The notes beneath the pieces were generated by a model that was given only the letters and a program-made list of their open reading frames with translations, did not search any database and was not told the origin of the DNA. A stretch of DNA of 64,000 nt from Bacillota bacterium (GTDB lineage Bacteria; Bacillota; Clostridia; Tissierellales; Peptoniphilaceae), in assembly GCA_023442775.1 (NCBI GenBank), contig JAEZXH010000004.1, positions 9,511 to 73,510 of the forward strand, read 5' to 3'. Below, piece after piece: positions 35,525-46,136 of the stretch. Within the stretch, counting starts at the first letter, position 1. Every line of letters begins with the position of its first letter. The translations under genes and the position numbers were made by a program.

Positions 35525-36721
35525 ATGAAACACAAGGCACTGGTCCTTGGGACGAATTATTACATTGGACTTTCCGTGGCGCGCTCTCTCGGGAGAAAAG
35601 GGGTCTACGTCATCAGTGTGGATCACGACGAACCAAATCCCTACGGCAGAAGCCGCTACGTCAAGGAGGCCCTCATCGGGCCCCACTATCGGCGCCAAGA
35701 AGAAGACTATCTGAAATTTCTCTTGGACCTCGCCTCTCGGGAAGAGGAGAAGATGGTCCTCTTTCCCACGGCGGACCCCTACGTGGAGTTCGTGGACAGA
35801 AACTTCGAGGCATTGAAGGAACACTTCCTCTTTCCCCAACGGGAACAGGGGCTCTTGACGGGGCTGATGGATAAGTCCACCCTGTTGCGCTACACCAAGG
35901 CCCAAGGAGTGCGCACCCCCGAGCAGATCGATGGGGAAGAGGTGGATCTTGTCGAGCGGGTGCGAGAAGAGATTGGGTATCCCTGTATCTTAAAGCCGAA
36001 GGACAGCCCGAGCTTTGTGAAGGCCTACCGGCGAAAGGTCTATCGGGTGGAGACCGAGGAGGAGCTCAAGGACCTCGTCGCCATGTGTCGCCGCGACGGC
36101 CACGGCATCTTTATCCAGCGCATCATCCCCGGCCCCGAGACGAATTGCTACTGCTACGACGCTTATCTCAATCAAGAGGGGAAGGTGGTCTGTGAGACGA
36201 GTGCCTACAAGATTCGTCAGTGGCCTCCCCACTTTGGGGCCTCGACCTTGACCCAACAGAAGTGGATCCCCGAACTCGAGGCCTTCTGCAAGCCCTTCCT
36301 CGAGGGCATTGGCTTCCGAGGGTTTGTAGAGATTGAGCTAAAGCGCGATGAATTCACGGGAGAGATCTACCTCATCGAGGTCAACGTCCGCTACATCAAC
36401 TTCACGGAGATGCTCGTGGACATCGGCATGGACCCGCCGTACCGCACCTATCGGGAGATGACGGGAGAGCATCTCACCTACGAGGACTTCCGAAAGGACT
36501 TCCACGTCAAGTGGCGCTATCTCTTGGAGGATATCTCGGCGAAGCGGGCCTACAGGAGAGAAGGATACTCTGCCGCAGAGCTCCGCGCCCAGGAGAAGGG
36601 GGACCGGATCGTGCCCTCCACCTTTGCTTGGGACGACCCATGGCCGGGCACCCGCTATGCCATCTACCACGTGGTGAAGGCATTAAAGCGCAGGGTCCTT
36701 CGGTTGCGAAAGGGAAATTGA
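35525..36721 (+). CDS. ATP-grasp domain protein (COG3919-like predicted carboxylate-amine ligase)
   Basis: N-terminus MKHKALVLGTNYYIGLSVARSLGRKG, and the ATP-grasp core GFVEIELKRDEFTGEIYLIEVNVR. Confidence 0.75.
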   Translation: MKHKALVLGTNYYIGLSVARSLGRKGVYVISVDHDEPNPYGRSRYVKEALIGPHYRRQEEDYLKFLLDLASREEEKMVLFPTADPYVEFVDRNFEALKEHFLFPQREQGLLTGLMDKSTLLRYTKAQGVRTPEQIDGEEVDLVERVREEIGYPCILKPKDSPSFVKAYRRKVYRVETEEELKDLVAMCRRDGHGIFIQRIIPGPETNCYCYDAYLNQEGKVVCETSAYKIRQWPPHFGASTLTQQKWIPELEAFCKPFLEGIGFRGFVEIELKRDEFTGEIYLIEVNVRYINFTEMLVDIGMDPPYRTYREMTGEHLTYEDFRKDFHVKWRYLLEDISAKRAYRREGYSAAELRAQEKGDRIVPSTFAWDDPWPGTRYAIYHVVKALKRRVLRLRKGN

Positions 36722-36782
36722 ATTTGCCCGAATCCCGGAATGTGCTACAATAAGGGGAAGACAAATTCTGTGAGGTGAGTAT

Positions 36783-37691
36783 TTGAAAGAACGTCAACTG
36801 GGGCTGTTGCCCCTGGTTTTGAAGGCGAGTTTCGTGGTGATGCTCGGATTCTTTTTCCCCATCGCCTACGTCCTTTTGCCCGTATTTTTTCTCACAGAGG
36901 CGGTGGCCCAGGGCCTCGGAAAGGTCCTTTTGTGTTTCCTCGCTCTCTGTGGGGTGTTGGCTCTTCTGAGTCCACTCTTAGGTCTGGGGGTCCTCACCCT
37001 CTTTGGACCACTCCTTTTGATTTTGCACTACGGATTTGTGAGCCGGGCCTCTTGGGATCGCAACGTCCTCTTTGGGACGGTGGTGGTCTTTCTCTCGATG
37101 ATGGTGCTGCTCATTAGTCGCGGAGCCATCAGCCATCTTCAAGACCCAGAGTTTCCCGCCCAAATCGCAAAGCTCCAAGAACAGGCCCTCATCCAAGTGG
37201 GGATGCAAGGGGAGAGTTTGCAAAGTTATGTCGAGGCATTGCCGAGCCTTCTCTCGGAGATGATTGGCCTCTTGCCCGCTCTTCTTCTCATTGCAAGTCT
37301 TGTCCTCTCCTACGCCACCTGTGCCCTGGCGGGGCGGAGTCTGCGAAGCCGAGGCATTCACGTCGGCTTTCCGGGAAGCCTCTCGAGTCTACGACTCCCC
37401 GAGGGGCTCTTCCTCGTCCTCTTCCTCGTCCTTGGAATCACCATGCTCTTTCCCCGAGCTGTGGCGCCGGTGGAGAGTCTTCTCATGGAAAACGGACAGC
37501 TCCTCGTGGGCTTTCTCTTCTTCGTCGGAGGCCTCGGGTTTATGAGCTATCTTCTCGAGCGGTGGAAGATGCCCTCCTTTGTGAGGAATGTCTTTCTCGT
37601 CGCCATGGTGGTCCTGCCCTTTTTCCGTGGATTTCTCCTGACCGTTGGACTCATTGACTACGCCTTAAACATCAGGCGCCTTGGTCACTAG
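36783..37691 (+). CDS. yybS: YybS/DUF2232 family membrane protein
   Basis: Polytopic membrane protein immediately upstream of gdpP-rplI-dnaB, as in Bacillus. TTG start after GAGGTGAG. Confidence 0.75.
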   Translation: MKERQLGLLPLVLKASFVVMLGFFFPIAYVLLPVFFLTEAVAQGLGKVLLCFLALCGVLALLSPLLGLGVLTLFGPLLLILHYGFVSRASWDRNVLFGTVVVFLSMMVLLISRGAISHLQDPEFPAQIAKLQEQALIQVGMQGESLQSYVEALPSLLSEMIGLLPALLLIASLVLSYATCALAGRSLRSRGIHVGFPGSLSSLRLPEGLFLVLFLVLGITMLFPRAVAPVESLLMENGQLLVGFLFFVGGLGFMSYLLERWKMPSFVRNVFLVAMVVLPFFRGFLLTVGLIDYALNIRRLGH

Positions 37692-37702
37692 AAGGGAGTT
37701 CT

Positions 37703-39736
37703 ATGAAAGAATCGCATCAACAACAAAGTGAAGGGATTCCTCTGAGAGGAGAGGAGGCGTTTAAGGAGAGTGTGAACTGGTCGGAAGTCGGGGTCAGCCT
37801 CGCCGTCGTCGCCCTCTTAAGCGTCCTCCTTGCCTTCTATCGGTGGAAGATGGCCCTCTTGGGCATCCTGGGACTTCTCCTCATCTGGCAAGTGGCCCGG
37901 GTCTTTGCAAAGAGGCGTCACGAGGCCTTTGTCTCCTATGTGGAGGGGATGGGAGAAGACCTGTCCCAGGCGACGAAACACGCCATTTTCCACATGCCCT
38001 TCCCCTTGGTCCTCTGTGATGACGAGGGAAACATCTCCTGGTACAACACGAGTTTTTCCGATCTCTTCGAGGACCAAAATCTTCTCCACGTCAACCTTCA
38101 GCGCCTCTTGGGTCGCCCCTTGGCCCTGGAGGAGGGACAGGAGGAAGTCGCCCTCGAGGGGAAGGTCTATCGCCTCTATAAGAACCTTCTCGACACGTCG
38201 AAGACCACCTCGGGCATCGACAAGACCCTCATGATGTACTGGGTGGACATCACCGACGAGACCCAGCTGGAAGAGGCCTATCGCCTGAGTCAACCCGTGG
38301 TGGCCCTCGTAGAGGTGGACAACTTCGACGAGGCCATGGACACAGTGGAGACCGGGAGAGAACCCATGGTCCAAGGGGCCTTGGATTCAACGATTACCGA
38401 GTTCTTCCTCTCTGCGGGTGCCCTGGCGCGGAAGGTCTCCGACGACACCTACCTCGCCGTCATGAGCTGCGCCACCTTTGAGCAGCTCCGTCAACGCCGC
38501 TTCGCCGTCCTCGATGCGGTGCGCCAAATCGAGGCGGGAAACGCCATCCCCCTCTCCCTCTCCATTGGGATCTCCTCGCCGGGACTGGGCCTTAAAGAGG
38601 CCTATGAAGAGGCGGACACCTGTCTCGACGTGGCCCTAGGTCGTGGAGGAGACCAGGCGGTGGTGCGGGTGGAGGACACCTACGAGTTCTTCGGAGGAAA
38701 GTCCAAAGCGGCGGAGAAGCGCAACAAGGTCAAAGCCCGGGTCCTTGGAGGGGCCCTTCGCCAACTCATCGACAAGAGTTCCGAGGTCTTCGTCCTGCCT
38801 CACAAAAACGCGGACATGGACGCCATTGGCGCCGCCGTCGGGGTGTTGCGCGCCGTGGAGAATCGCCACCGCGAGGGCTACCTCGTCTTAAACGCCTCGA
38901 ACCCGAGTATTGACAACCTCATCGAACGGATGAAGGCGGAAGAGCCACAGATGTACGAGCGGGTCATCACCGGCGCCGAGGCCATGGAGCGCCTCAGTGC
39001 CACGAGTCTTGTCATCTTGGTGGACAACCACAAGCCCTCCTTTGCGGAACATCCGCCCCTGGTAGAAGCGGCGCGCTCCATCGTGGTCATCGACCACCAC
39101 CGCCGCGGCACCGAGTTCGTCAATAACCCGGTCCTCACCTATGTGGAACCCTACGCCTCCTCCACCTGCGAGTTGGTGACGGAGATGCTCAGCTACATGG
39201 ACGACGATCTCCATCTCACTGACTTCGAGGCCGATGCCCTCATGAGCGGCATCGCCGTGGATACGAAGAACTTCTCCTTCCACACCGGGGTCCGCACCTT
39301 TGAAGCGGCGTCGACGCTTCGGAGAAACGGCGCCGACATGGGCCGGGTCAAGGCCCTCTTCGAAGACGACTACGACACGATTCTCGCCCGGGCGGAGGTG
39401 GTGAAGAACACGAAGATTTACTTCAATGACATCGCCATCTCCACCCTCGACAAGGATGCGAAGAATTCCATCCTCGTCGCCGCCCAAGCCGCCGACGAAC
39501 TCTTGGACATCCACGGCATTCGGGCGAGTTTTGTCCTCACCCGTCGCCCGGGGGCCATCCACATCTCGGGGCGCAGCCTCGGGGACATCTCCGTCCAGCT
39601 GATTCTCGAAAAGATCGGCGGCGGTGGGCACCTCAACATGGCCGGGGCACAGATTGCCACCGACTCCTTGGAAGAGGCCCAAGAAAAACTCCTAGAAGCC
39701 ATTTCCCAGTATCTAGAGGAAGGAGAACAACCATGA
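37703..39736 (+). CDS. gdpP: cyclic-di-AMP phosphodiesterase GdpP (YybT)
   Basis: Two N-terminal TM helices, a PAS-like and a degenerate GGDEF region, DHH motifs ([20 protein letters not shown]) and DHHA1 GGGGH. Confidence 0.9.
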   Translation: MKESHQQQSEGIPLRGEEAFKESVNWSEVGVSLAVVALLSVLLAFYRWKMALLGILGLLLIWQVARVFAKRRHEAFVSYVEGMGEDLSQATKHAIFHMPFPLVLCDDEGNISWYNTSFSDLFEDQNLLHVNLQRLLGRPLALEEGQEEVALEGKVYRLYKNLLDTSKTTSGIDKTLMMYWVDITDETQLEEAYRLSQPVVALVEVDNFDEAMDTVETGREPMVQGALDSTITEFFLSAGALARKVSDDTYLAVMSCATFEQLRQRRFAVLDAVRQIEAGNAIPLSLSIGISSPGLGLKEAYEEADTCLDVALGRGGDQAVVRVEDTYEFFGGKSKAAEKRNKVKARVLGGALRQLIDKSSEVFVLPHKNADMDAIGAAVGVLRAVENRHREGYLVLNASNPSIDNLIERMKAEEPQMYERVITGAEAMERLSATSLVILVDNHKPSFAEHPPLVEAARSIVVIDHHRRGTEFVNNPVLTYVEPYASSTCELVTEMLSYMDDDLHLTDFEADALMSGIAVDTKNFSFHTGVRTFEAASTLRRNGADMGRVKALFEDDYDTILARAEVVKNTKIYFNDIAISTLDKDAKNSILVAAQAADELLDIHGIRASFVLTRRPGAIHISGRSLGDISVQLILEKIGGGGHLNMAGAQIATDSLEEAQEKLLEAISQYLEEGEQP

Positions 39737-40176
39737 AAATCATTCTCTTAAAAGACGTGAAGAGCCTCGGAAAGGCCGGGGACCTGGTGGAGGCCAGCGA
39801 CGGCTACGCACGCAACTTCCTCTTCCCGAAGAAGGCGGCGATTGAAGCCACCGACGACAACCTCGCCTCGTGGAAGGAACAAAAGGCCAAGGAGGCAGAG
39901 GAAGAGGCGAAGAACCGCGCCGCAGCAGAGGAGCTCAAGAAGAAACTCGAGTCCATGACCTTGACCATCTCTGCGAAGGGGGGAGAGGGGGGACGCCTCT
40001 TTGGTGCCGTCACCTCCAAGGACATTGCCGACGCCCTGAAAAAGGAAAAGCTCACCGTGGACAAGAAGCGCATCGAACTGAAGGAAAACATCAAAGAGGC
40101 GGGGATGATCACCGTTCCCGTCCGGGTCTATCCGGAGATTGTGGCAAAGCTCAAGGTCTCCGTCGAACTGGCGTAA
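39733..40176 (+). CDS. rplI: 50S ribosomal protein L9
   Basis: [34 protein letters not shown] is the bL9 hallmark. Confidence 0.95.
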   Translation: MKIILLKDVKSLGKAGDLVEASDGYARNFLFPKKAAIEATDDNLASWKEQKAKEAEEEAKNRAAAEELKKKLESMTLTISAKGGEGGRLFGAVTSKDIADALKKEKLTVDKKRIELKENIKEAGMITVPVRVYPEIVAKLKVSVELA

Positions 40177-41535
40177 ATGGACGCCCTCGAAGGGCGCCTG
40201 CCCCCCTATGACGACGAGGCGGAGGTGGCGGTCTTAGGAGCGATGATGCTCTCCAAAGACGCCCTCACCATCGCCTTGGAACTGTTGGAAGAGGACTGTT
40301 TCTACCGCCCGGCCCACGGCCTCATCTTTCGCGCCATGGGAAACCTCTACCGCGCCAGTGAGCCCGCGGACCTCGTCACCGTCGCCGATCGTCTGACGAA
40401 GGACCAGCACCTGGAGGACGTCGGGGGCGCGAGTTATCTCGCCTCTCTCTCCACCGCCGTGGTCACCACTTCAAACGTCGAGCACTACTGCAACATCTTA
40501 CGGGACAAACGGACTCTGCGCCGCCTCATCGAGGCCTCCAATGACCTCATCGACACCTGCTACCGCCAAGAGGGGGATGTGGGGGCTATCGTCGAGCGGG
40601 CGGAAAAGTCCATCTTCGACATCACCCAAAACACCCAGATGGGCGGCCTCGTCCCCTTGCAGGATATTCTCTACGACACCTTCTCCGCCATTCAGGAGCG
40701 GGCGAAGAATCAAGGGGGACTCACGGGACTCACCACGGGATTTTCCGACTTGGACCGAAAACTCTCCGGGCTTCAGAAGTCGGATCTCATCCTCCTCGCC
40801 GCCCGTCCCTCTATGGGAAAGACCGCCCTTATGGTCAACATCGCCACCAACGCCGCCCTCCGCGCCAAGGCCTCGGTAGCCATGTTCTCCCTGGAAATGA
40901 GCCGGGACCAACTCGTCCAGCGGATCATCTCCAGCAACGCCCACGTGGACATGCAGGAGATCATCAGCGGCAAGCTCGCCGACGAGAACTGGATGCGGGT
41001 CATTGAAGCCATGGAAATCCTTCGAGGGATGCACATCGAAATCGATGACACCCCGGGGATTACTCCATTGGAACTCAAGGCGAAGTGTCGGCGCATCAAG
41101 GAGCAAAAGGGACTCGACCTCATCGTCATCGACTACCTCCAGCTCATGCAGATGGGGACCCGCACCGAGAGCAGGCAACAGGAAATCTCCGCCATCTCCC
41201 GCTCTTTGAAGGCCATTGCCAAGGAACTCCACGTGCCGGTGTTGGCCCTCTCCCAGCTCTCCCGTGCCCCGGAGCTTCGCACGGACCACAGACCCATGCT
41301 CTCGGACCTGCGGGAGTCGGGGGCCATCGAGCAGGACGCCGACGTGGTCATGCTCCTCTATCGGGAGGATTACTACAACGAAGAGAGCGAGCGGAAAAAC
41401 ATTGCCGAGCTCATCGTGGCCAAGCATAGAAACGGCCCAACGGGGACGGTGGACCTCGGATTTCGCAAAGAATTCACGAAGTTTGTGGACCTCACCACCC
41501 AAACTCCGCCGATGGAGAGAAAAAGCGACGCCTAG
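40177..41535 (+). CDS. dnaB: replicative DNA helicase
   Basis: PPYDDEAEVAVLGAMM N-terminus, Walker A ARPSMGKTA, DYLQLM and SQLSR motifs. Confidence 0.95.
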   Translation: MDALEGRLPPYDDEAEVAVLGAMMLSKDALTIALELLEEDCFYRPAHGLIFRAMGNLYRASEPADLVTVADRLTKDQHLEDVGGASYLASLSTAVVTTSNVEHYCNILRDKRTLRRLIEASNDLIDTCYRQEGDVGAIVERAEKSIFDITQNTQMGGLVPLQDILYDTFSAIQERAKNQGGLTGLTTGFSDLDRKLSGLQKSDLILLAARPSMGKTALMVNIATNAALRAKASVAMFSLEMSRDQLVQRIISSNAHVDMQEIISGKLADENWMRVIEAMEILRGMHIEIDDTPGITPLELKAKCRRIKEQKGLDLIVIDYLQLMQMGTRTESRQQEISAISRSLKAIAKELHVPVLALSQLSRAPELRTDHRPMLSDLRESGAIEQDADVVMLLYREDYYNEESERKNIAELIVAKHRNGPTGTVDLGFRKEFTKFVDLTTQTPPMERKSDA

Positions 41536-41548
41536 GCGTCGCTTTTTT
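41520..41548. terminator. bidirectional palindromic terminator shared by dnaB and the histidine kinase gene
   Basis: AAAAAGCGACGCCTAGGCGTCGCTTTTTT, a perfect palindrome. Both convergent CDSs end inside it. Confidence 0.75.
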
Positions 41549-42926
41549 CGTGGAACTCACGGGGGAAGATGAGGGTGAAGGTGCTGCCCTCGCCGAGGTG
41601 ACTCTTGACCACGACCCGCCCCTGATGGGCGGACATGGCGTGTTTGACGATGGAGAGGCCAAGCCCCGTCCCTCCCAGGTGACGGCTGTGGCTCTTCTCC
41701 ACCCGGTAAAACCTCTCGAAGATGCGCTCGAGTTCTTCAGGGGCGATGCCATGACCTGTATCGGCAACGGAAAGATGTACTTCGCCTTTTTCTTCGCGAA
41801 GAGAAATCGAAAGGCTTCCACCTTCGACGTTGTAGGCGATGGCATTCTCCACGAGATTTTTGAGGGCAGTCTCTAAGAGGGGGCGAATCCCCGTCGCCAT
41901 TACTGACGACGTCTTGCAGGTGAGGGTGAGACGACGCTCCTTCATCTCCTCTTCATAGGCACCCACCACGTCGTCGACGAGGGAGGAGACATCAAAGTGT
42001 TCCTTCGCCATATAGAGATCCCCTTCGTCGAGGCGGGTGAGGTAGAGGAGGTCGTCGATGAGTCGGCGCATGTGCTCTGAGGCATCGAGAATTTTTTTCG
42101 CTGCACTGGGGACGTCGTTCTCCGGCAAAAGGCCTTGGCTCATAAGTTCCGCGTATCCAGAGATGACGTGGATCGGGCTCTTCAGTTCGTGGGAGACGTT
42201 GGAGGTAAACTCTCGGCGAAGGGCACTCATGTCCTCACGGGCGCGATTCTCGGAGAGAAGTAGGACCTGACGACCATCGGGGAGGGCGATGGGTTGGATG
42301 CCCTCTTTTGGGAGGTTGTCGATGGGTTCCTTTTGCACATCTCTGGGATGGGCCCTGGGGTTTTGATAGAGGATGTCTCCCTTCTCATCGAGAAGAATTG
42401 CCGGGCATTCAAGGCCTTCTAGGAGGGGGAGAAGAACTTGCTCTGACGAGTCGTCTTTCGTGACGACTGGAAAGAGGCGGTGACGAAGAGAGAAGGCCCC
42501 AAGCCCCGCGAGGAGAAACAGGATGAGAAGGGGCTGGGTGTGCCCCAAGAGAAGGGCGAGCCCCCCGGGGTAGGAGGCGGAGAGGATGATGGTTTGTCCG
42601 GCGGGGAGGTCTTTTGTCAAGTGATGAATCGGAGCGAAGGAAAGTCCGAGGGATCCTTCGCCAGGGTTTGTCGACTCCAAGGAGTCAAAGGAGAGATTCG
42701 CTCCTTCGAGGCGCAGGCGGACAGGGCGGGGCGTCTCGAAGACCTTCGAGAGGAAGGCTTCCTCGTGGGAGGCAACGAGAGTGGCTACGAGGTCTCCTTC
42801 GAAGCGGAGGTGTTCTTCCTGAATGTGGTGGAAATAGGAGGCGCTTCCCCAAGCGACGATTCCCGCGCTCAACAGTCCTACGAGGAGAAGCAGGGTAAGG
42901 GTAGAAAGGAGGGGACGGGGATTCAT
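41532..42926 (-). CDS. phoR: sensor histidine kinase (PhoR-like)
   Basis: Two TM helices. HisKA H-box SNVSHELKSPI and HATPase_c GTGLGLSIV. Follows the pst genes and an OmpR-type regulator. Confidence 0.8.
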   Translation of the reverse strand: MNPRPLLSTLTLLLLVGLLSAGIVAWGSASYFHHIQEEHLRFEGDLVATLVASHEEAFLSKVFETPRPVRLRLEGANLSFDSLESTNPGEGSLGLSFAPIHHLTKDLPAGQTIILSASYPGGLALLLGHTQPLLILFLLAGLGAFSLRHRLFPVVTKDDSSEQVLLPLLEGLECPAILLDEKGDILYQNPRAHPRDVQKEPIDNLPKEGIQPIALPDGRQVLLLSENRAREDMSALRREFTSNVSHELKSPIHVISGYAELMSQGLLPENDVPSAAKKILDASEHMRRLIDDLLYLTRLDEGDLYMAKEHFDVSSLVDDVVGAYEEEMKERRLTLTCKTSSVMATGIRPLLETALKNLVENAIAYNVEGGSLSISLREEKGEVHLSVADTGHGIAPEELERIFERFYRVEKSHSRHLGGTGLGLSIVKHAMSAHQGRVVVKSHLGEGSTFTLIFPREFHEKSDA

Positions 42927-43603
42927 CGCGAGAGCTCCTTCTTCACCATGCGATAGCCGACGCCTCGGAGGGTTTCGATGGCACTTGCCCCATCGCCGAG
43001 GGCACGACGCAAGGAGGCGATGTGGACATCCACGGTACGGCTCGAACCAAGGGCCTCCATGCCCCAGACTCTCGTGAAGAGCTGCTCTCGTGAGAAGACC
43101 TGCCCGGGGTGCTCCATCAGGGTCTCGAGAAGAGAAAACTCCTTTGGCGTCAGTTCAATGACGTGATGGGCATAGGTCACCTCGTGGCGCGTCGGGTCGA
43201 GGACGAGTTCTCCCACACAAAGCACCGAGGGACTGACAGAGGTGCTGCGGCGCAAGACGGCGCGAATCCTCGAAATCATCTCCATCATCCCGAAGGGTTT
43301 GGCGAGATAGTCATCGGCCCCTTGGTCCAGGCCGACGATGGTGTCGTATTCCGTCCCCTTGGCGGTGGTCATGATGATGGGCAGCTGGGCGGTTTTCGAT
43401 TGTGCGCGGAGGCGGCGCAAGATCTGAAGTCCGTCTTCTCCCGGAAGCATAATATCGAGGAGGAGAAGTTCTGGGAGTTGTCGCTCCAAGGCCTCGTAAA
43501 GTTCCTCCCCGTCCCCGAATCCCTGGGCCTCAAAGCCCTGGCTCTTGAGGGTGTACAACATGAGATCGCGGATGGCGGCGTCGTCCTCGACACAGTAAAT
43601 CAT
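42923..43603 (-). CDS. phoP: OmpR/PhoB-family response regulator (PhoP-like)
   Basis: Start moved to MIYCVEDDAAIRD (ATG 43603). Receiver Asp in LLLLDIMLPG. C-terminal winged-helix GVGYRM. Confidence 0.85.
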   Translation of the reverse strand: MIYCVEDDAAIRDLMLYTLKSQGFEAQGFGDGEELYEALERQLPELLLLDIMLPGEDGLQILRRLRAQSKTAQLPIIMTTAKGTEYDTIVGLDQGADDYLAKPFGMMEMISRIRAVLRRSTSVSPSVLCVGELVLDPTRHEVTYAHHVIELTPKEFSLLETLMEHPGQVFSREQLFTRVWGMEALGSSRTVDVHIASLRRALGDGASAIETLRGVGYRMVKKELSR

Positions 43604-43667
43604 AGGTGTCCTTTCTAACCACTTGTTCCTTTCAGTGTCTTCATTGTAGGACGGTTCTCGAGGAAAT

Positions 43668-44414
43668 TCAACCGAAGTGGCCAGCGACGTAGTCCTTCGT
43701 TCGCTGGTGGCGAGGGGAAGAAAAGAGTTCCTTCGTCGGGGCGCATTCCACGAGTTCACCCATGTAGAGGAAGGCGGTGTCGTCGGCAATACGCTGAGCC
43801 TGCTGCATGTTGTGGGTGACGATGAGGATCGCATAACGCTCTTTGAGGCGAAGGATGAGTTCCTCAATCCGCGCCGTAGAAATTGGATCCAGTGCCGAGG
43901 TGGGCTCGTCCATCAAGAGGACTTCCGGGCACACGGCGAGGGCCCGGGCGATACAGAGGCGTTGTTGCTGCCCACCGGAGAGGGAGAGGGCACTCTTTGT
44001 GAGACGATCCTTGACCTCGTCGAAGAGGCCGCTGTCTTTTAGGGCATTTTCCACGATCTCATCGAGACGAGATTTGTCTTTGATCCCATGGGTACGGGGG
44101 CCGTAGGCGATGTTGTCGTAGATGGACATGGGAAAGGGAGTGGGTTTTTGAAAGACCATTCCCACACGGCGGCGCAGGAGTGGGAGGGGGAGGTCCTTGA
44201 TGTCCTCTCCATCGAGGGCAATGCGTCCAGTGGTTTCACAGTCTTTTGTCAACTCCGTCATGCGGTTCATCGTCTTTAGGAGGGTGGACTTTCCACACCC
44301 TGAAGGGCCGATAAAGGCGGTGACGGATCGCTCTGGGACGACGAGGGAGATGTCCTTTAAGATGGGCCGCCCGCCGTAGGAGAGGTGGACGTGGGAGAGG
44401 TTTAGTTTTTCCAT
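43668..44414 (-). CDS. pstB: phosphate ABC transporter ATP-binding protein
   Basis: Only the C-terminal 248 aa of the 501-aa ORF is used. [25 protein letters not shown] and [12 protein letters not shown] are PstB hallmarks. Confidence 0.93.
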   Translation of the reverse strand: MEKLNLSHVHLSYGGRPILKDISLVVPERSVTAFIGPSGCGKSTLLKTMNRMTELTKDCETTGRIALDGEDIKDLPLPLLRRRVGMVFQKPTPFPMSIYDNIAYGPRTHGIKDKSRLDEIVENALKDSGLFDEVKDRLTKSALSLSGGQQQRLCIARALAVCPEVLLMDEPTSALDPISTARIEELILRLKERYAILIVTHNMQQAQRIADDTAFLYMGELVECAPTKELFSSPRHQRTKDYVAGHFG

Positions 44415-45235
44415 GTGGTGCTTCCTTTCTTGGCGAGAAATCGGGCGAGGAGATGGATGACGAGGGCGAATAGGACCAGCACGAGGGCAGTCCCATAGGC
44501 TTCTCCTAAGTGAAGGCCTTCGCTGGCGAGTTGGAACATGTGGACCGCAAGGCTTCGCGCCGAGGTCTCGAGATTGGTGGCAATGGCCACGGCGGTGCCC
44601 GCAGTGAAGATGAGGGCGGCGCTCTCTCCTAGAATGCGCCCGATGGCAAGCAGCACTCCCGAAAAGATTCCAGAAAAGGCAGCGGGAAGAAGGACCGCAA
44701 GACTCGTGCGCACCCGCCCGGCTCCGAGGCCAAGGCTTGCTTCCCTGAGGGAGGAGGGGACGCTGAGGAGAGCCTCTTGTGTCGTTTGAATGACGATGGG
44801 AAGGACCATGATGCTCACCGTCAATACCCCGGCGAGAAGGGAGAGACCCATGTGGAGAGTCTTCACAAAGAAGAGAGCCCCAAAGAGACCGTAGATGATG
44901 GACGGAATCCCGGCGAGGGTCTGGACAGAGAGGTGAAGCAAGACGACGAGGGGGTGATGGCGTGGAAGAAACTCCACGAGACAAATCGCGGCGCCCACCC
45001 CAAAGGGAACGGCGAGAAGAAGTGAGAGAATGGTGAGACTCATCGTGTTGATGAGGGAGGGGAGAAGAGAAACGTTCTCCGAGGAGTAGGTGAGGGCGAA
45101 GAGAGAGGGTCGAAGGTGAGGAAGTCCCTTGATAAGAAGCTCCCCGAGGAGAAGGAAAAAGAAGAGAGCACAAAGACTTGCCGCTGAGAAGACGAGGGCG
45201 CGAAAGCTGTAGATGCGCAGAGTTTTACGAGTCAT
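44402..45235 (-). CDS. pstA: phosphate ABC transporter permease PstA
   Basis: Start at [14 protein letters not shown]-type loop ...[13 protein letters not shown]. Confidence 0.88.
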   Translation of the reverse strand: MTRKTLRIYSFRALVFSAASLCALFFFLLLGELLIKGLPHLRPSLFALTYSSENVSLLPSLINTMSLTILSLLLAVPFGVGAAICLVEFLPRHHPLVVLLHLSVQTLAGIPSIIYGLFGALFFVKTLHMGLSLLAGVLTVSIMVLPIVIQTTQEALLSVPSSLREASLGLGAGRVRTSLAVLLPAAFSGIFSGVLLAIGRILGESAALIFTAGTAVAIATNLETSARSLAVHMFQLASEGLHLGEAYGTALVLVLFALVIHLLARFLAKKGSTTWKN

Positions 45236-46136
45236 GACCCATCCTCCTAGTGAGGAAGAACACGAAGAGATTGACGAGGAAAATGAAGAGGAAGAGAAGG
45301 ACGCCGGAGCCGATGAGGGCCTGGCGATGGAGGTCTGTGGCATAGCCCATTTCCAAAGCGATGTTGGTGGTGAGGCTCCTGACGCCCTGGAGGAGGCCCG
45401 TGGGGATGCGAGGTTGATTGCCCGCCACCATGAGAACCGCCATGGTCTCCCCGGCGGCGCGAGAGAGGCCGAGAAGTATGCCGCCGATGATGCCCCGTTT
45501 TGCCGCGGGAAAGAGAATATCCAAGATCGCTTCTTCATGGGTGGCACCGAGGGCGAGGGCGCTTTCGTAGAGAGAACCTTCGAGGGCAGAGAGACTGGCG
45601 TAGGCAGTCATGGCGATGGTGGGAAGAATCATCCACGCCAGAAGGAGGGAAGCACTCAAGAGGCTCATCCCTCGTCCTCCAAAGAATTCACGAACCAGGG
45701 GCACGATGAGGACGAGGCCGAAAAACCCATAGACCACCGAGGGAATGGAAGCGAGAATGGCGAGAAGACTTGCAAAGACTTCTGCCACGGATCCCTTTAA
45801 GAAATAGCACAAGCAGATGGCTGCAAAAAGTCCTAGGGGAACGGCGATGAGAAGGGAAAGTCCCGTCATGGCAAGGGTTCCGAAGATCATCGGCAAGTTC
45901 CCAAAGAGATTCGCCTCGGGTTTGTAGACCGTCCCAAAGAGAATCTCTCGCGGGCCAATGGTGAGCACGGCGGGAAGCCCCATCTTGAGGAGAAAGGCGG
46001 CGATGAGAAAGAGGGAAAAGACACTCAAGAGAGCGGCACCGTAGAAGAACATCTTCCCGAAAGTCTCGGTGGGATTCTCAGAGGTTCCCTTTTTGGTCTT
46101 AGGAATTGAGATCAGACCAGTGTGTGATTTTGCCAT
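45225..46136 (-). CDS. pstC: phosphate ABC transporter permease PstC
   Basis: ESALALGATHEEAI EAA loop. ATG 46136 sits 7 nt after AAGGAG. Confidence 0.88.
   Translation of the reverse strand: MAKSHTGLISIPKTKKGTSENPTETFGKMFFYGAALLSVFSLFLIAAFLLKMGLPAVLTIGPREILFGTVYKPEANLFGNLPMIFGTLAMTGLSLLIAVPLGLFAAICLCYFLKGSVAEVFASLLAILASIPSVVYGFFGLVLIVPLVREFFGGRGMSLLSASLLLAWMILPTIAMTAYASLSALEGSLYESALALGATHEEAILDILFPAAKRGIIGGILLGLSRAAGETMAVLMVAGNQPRIPTGLLQGVRSLTTNIALEMGYATDLHRQALIGSGVLLFLFIFLVNLFVFFLTRRMGHDS

Noticed and set aside
44415-45173. N-terminal 250-aa extension of the ORF containing pstB
   Set aside because: The extension is Pro/Arg/Ser-rich and overlaps the pstA coding frame. PstB homology begins at MEKLNLSH (ATG 44414).
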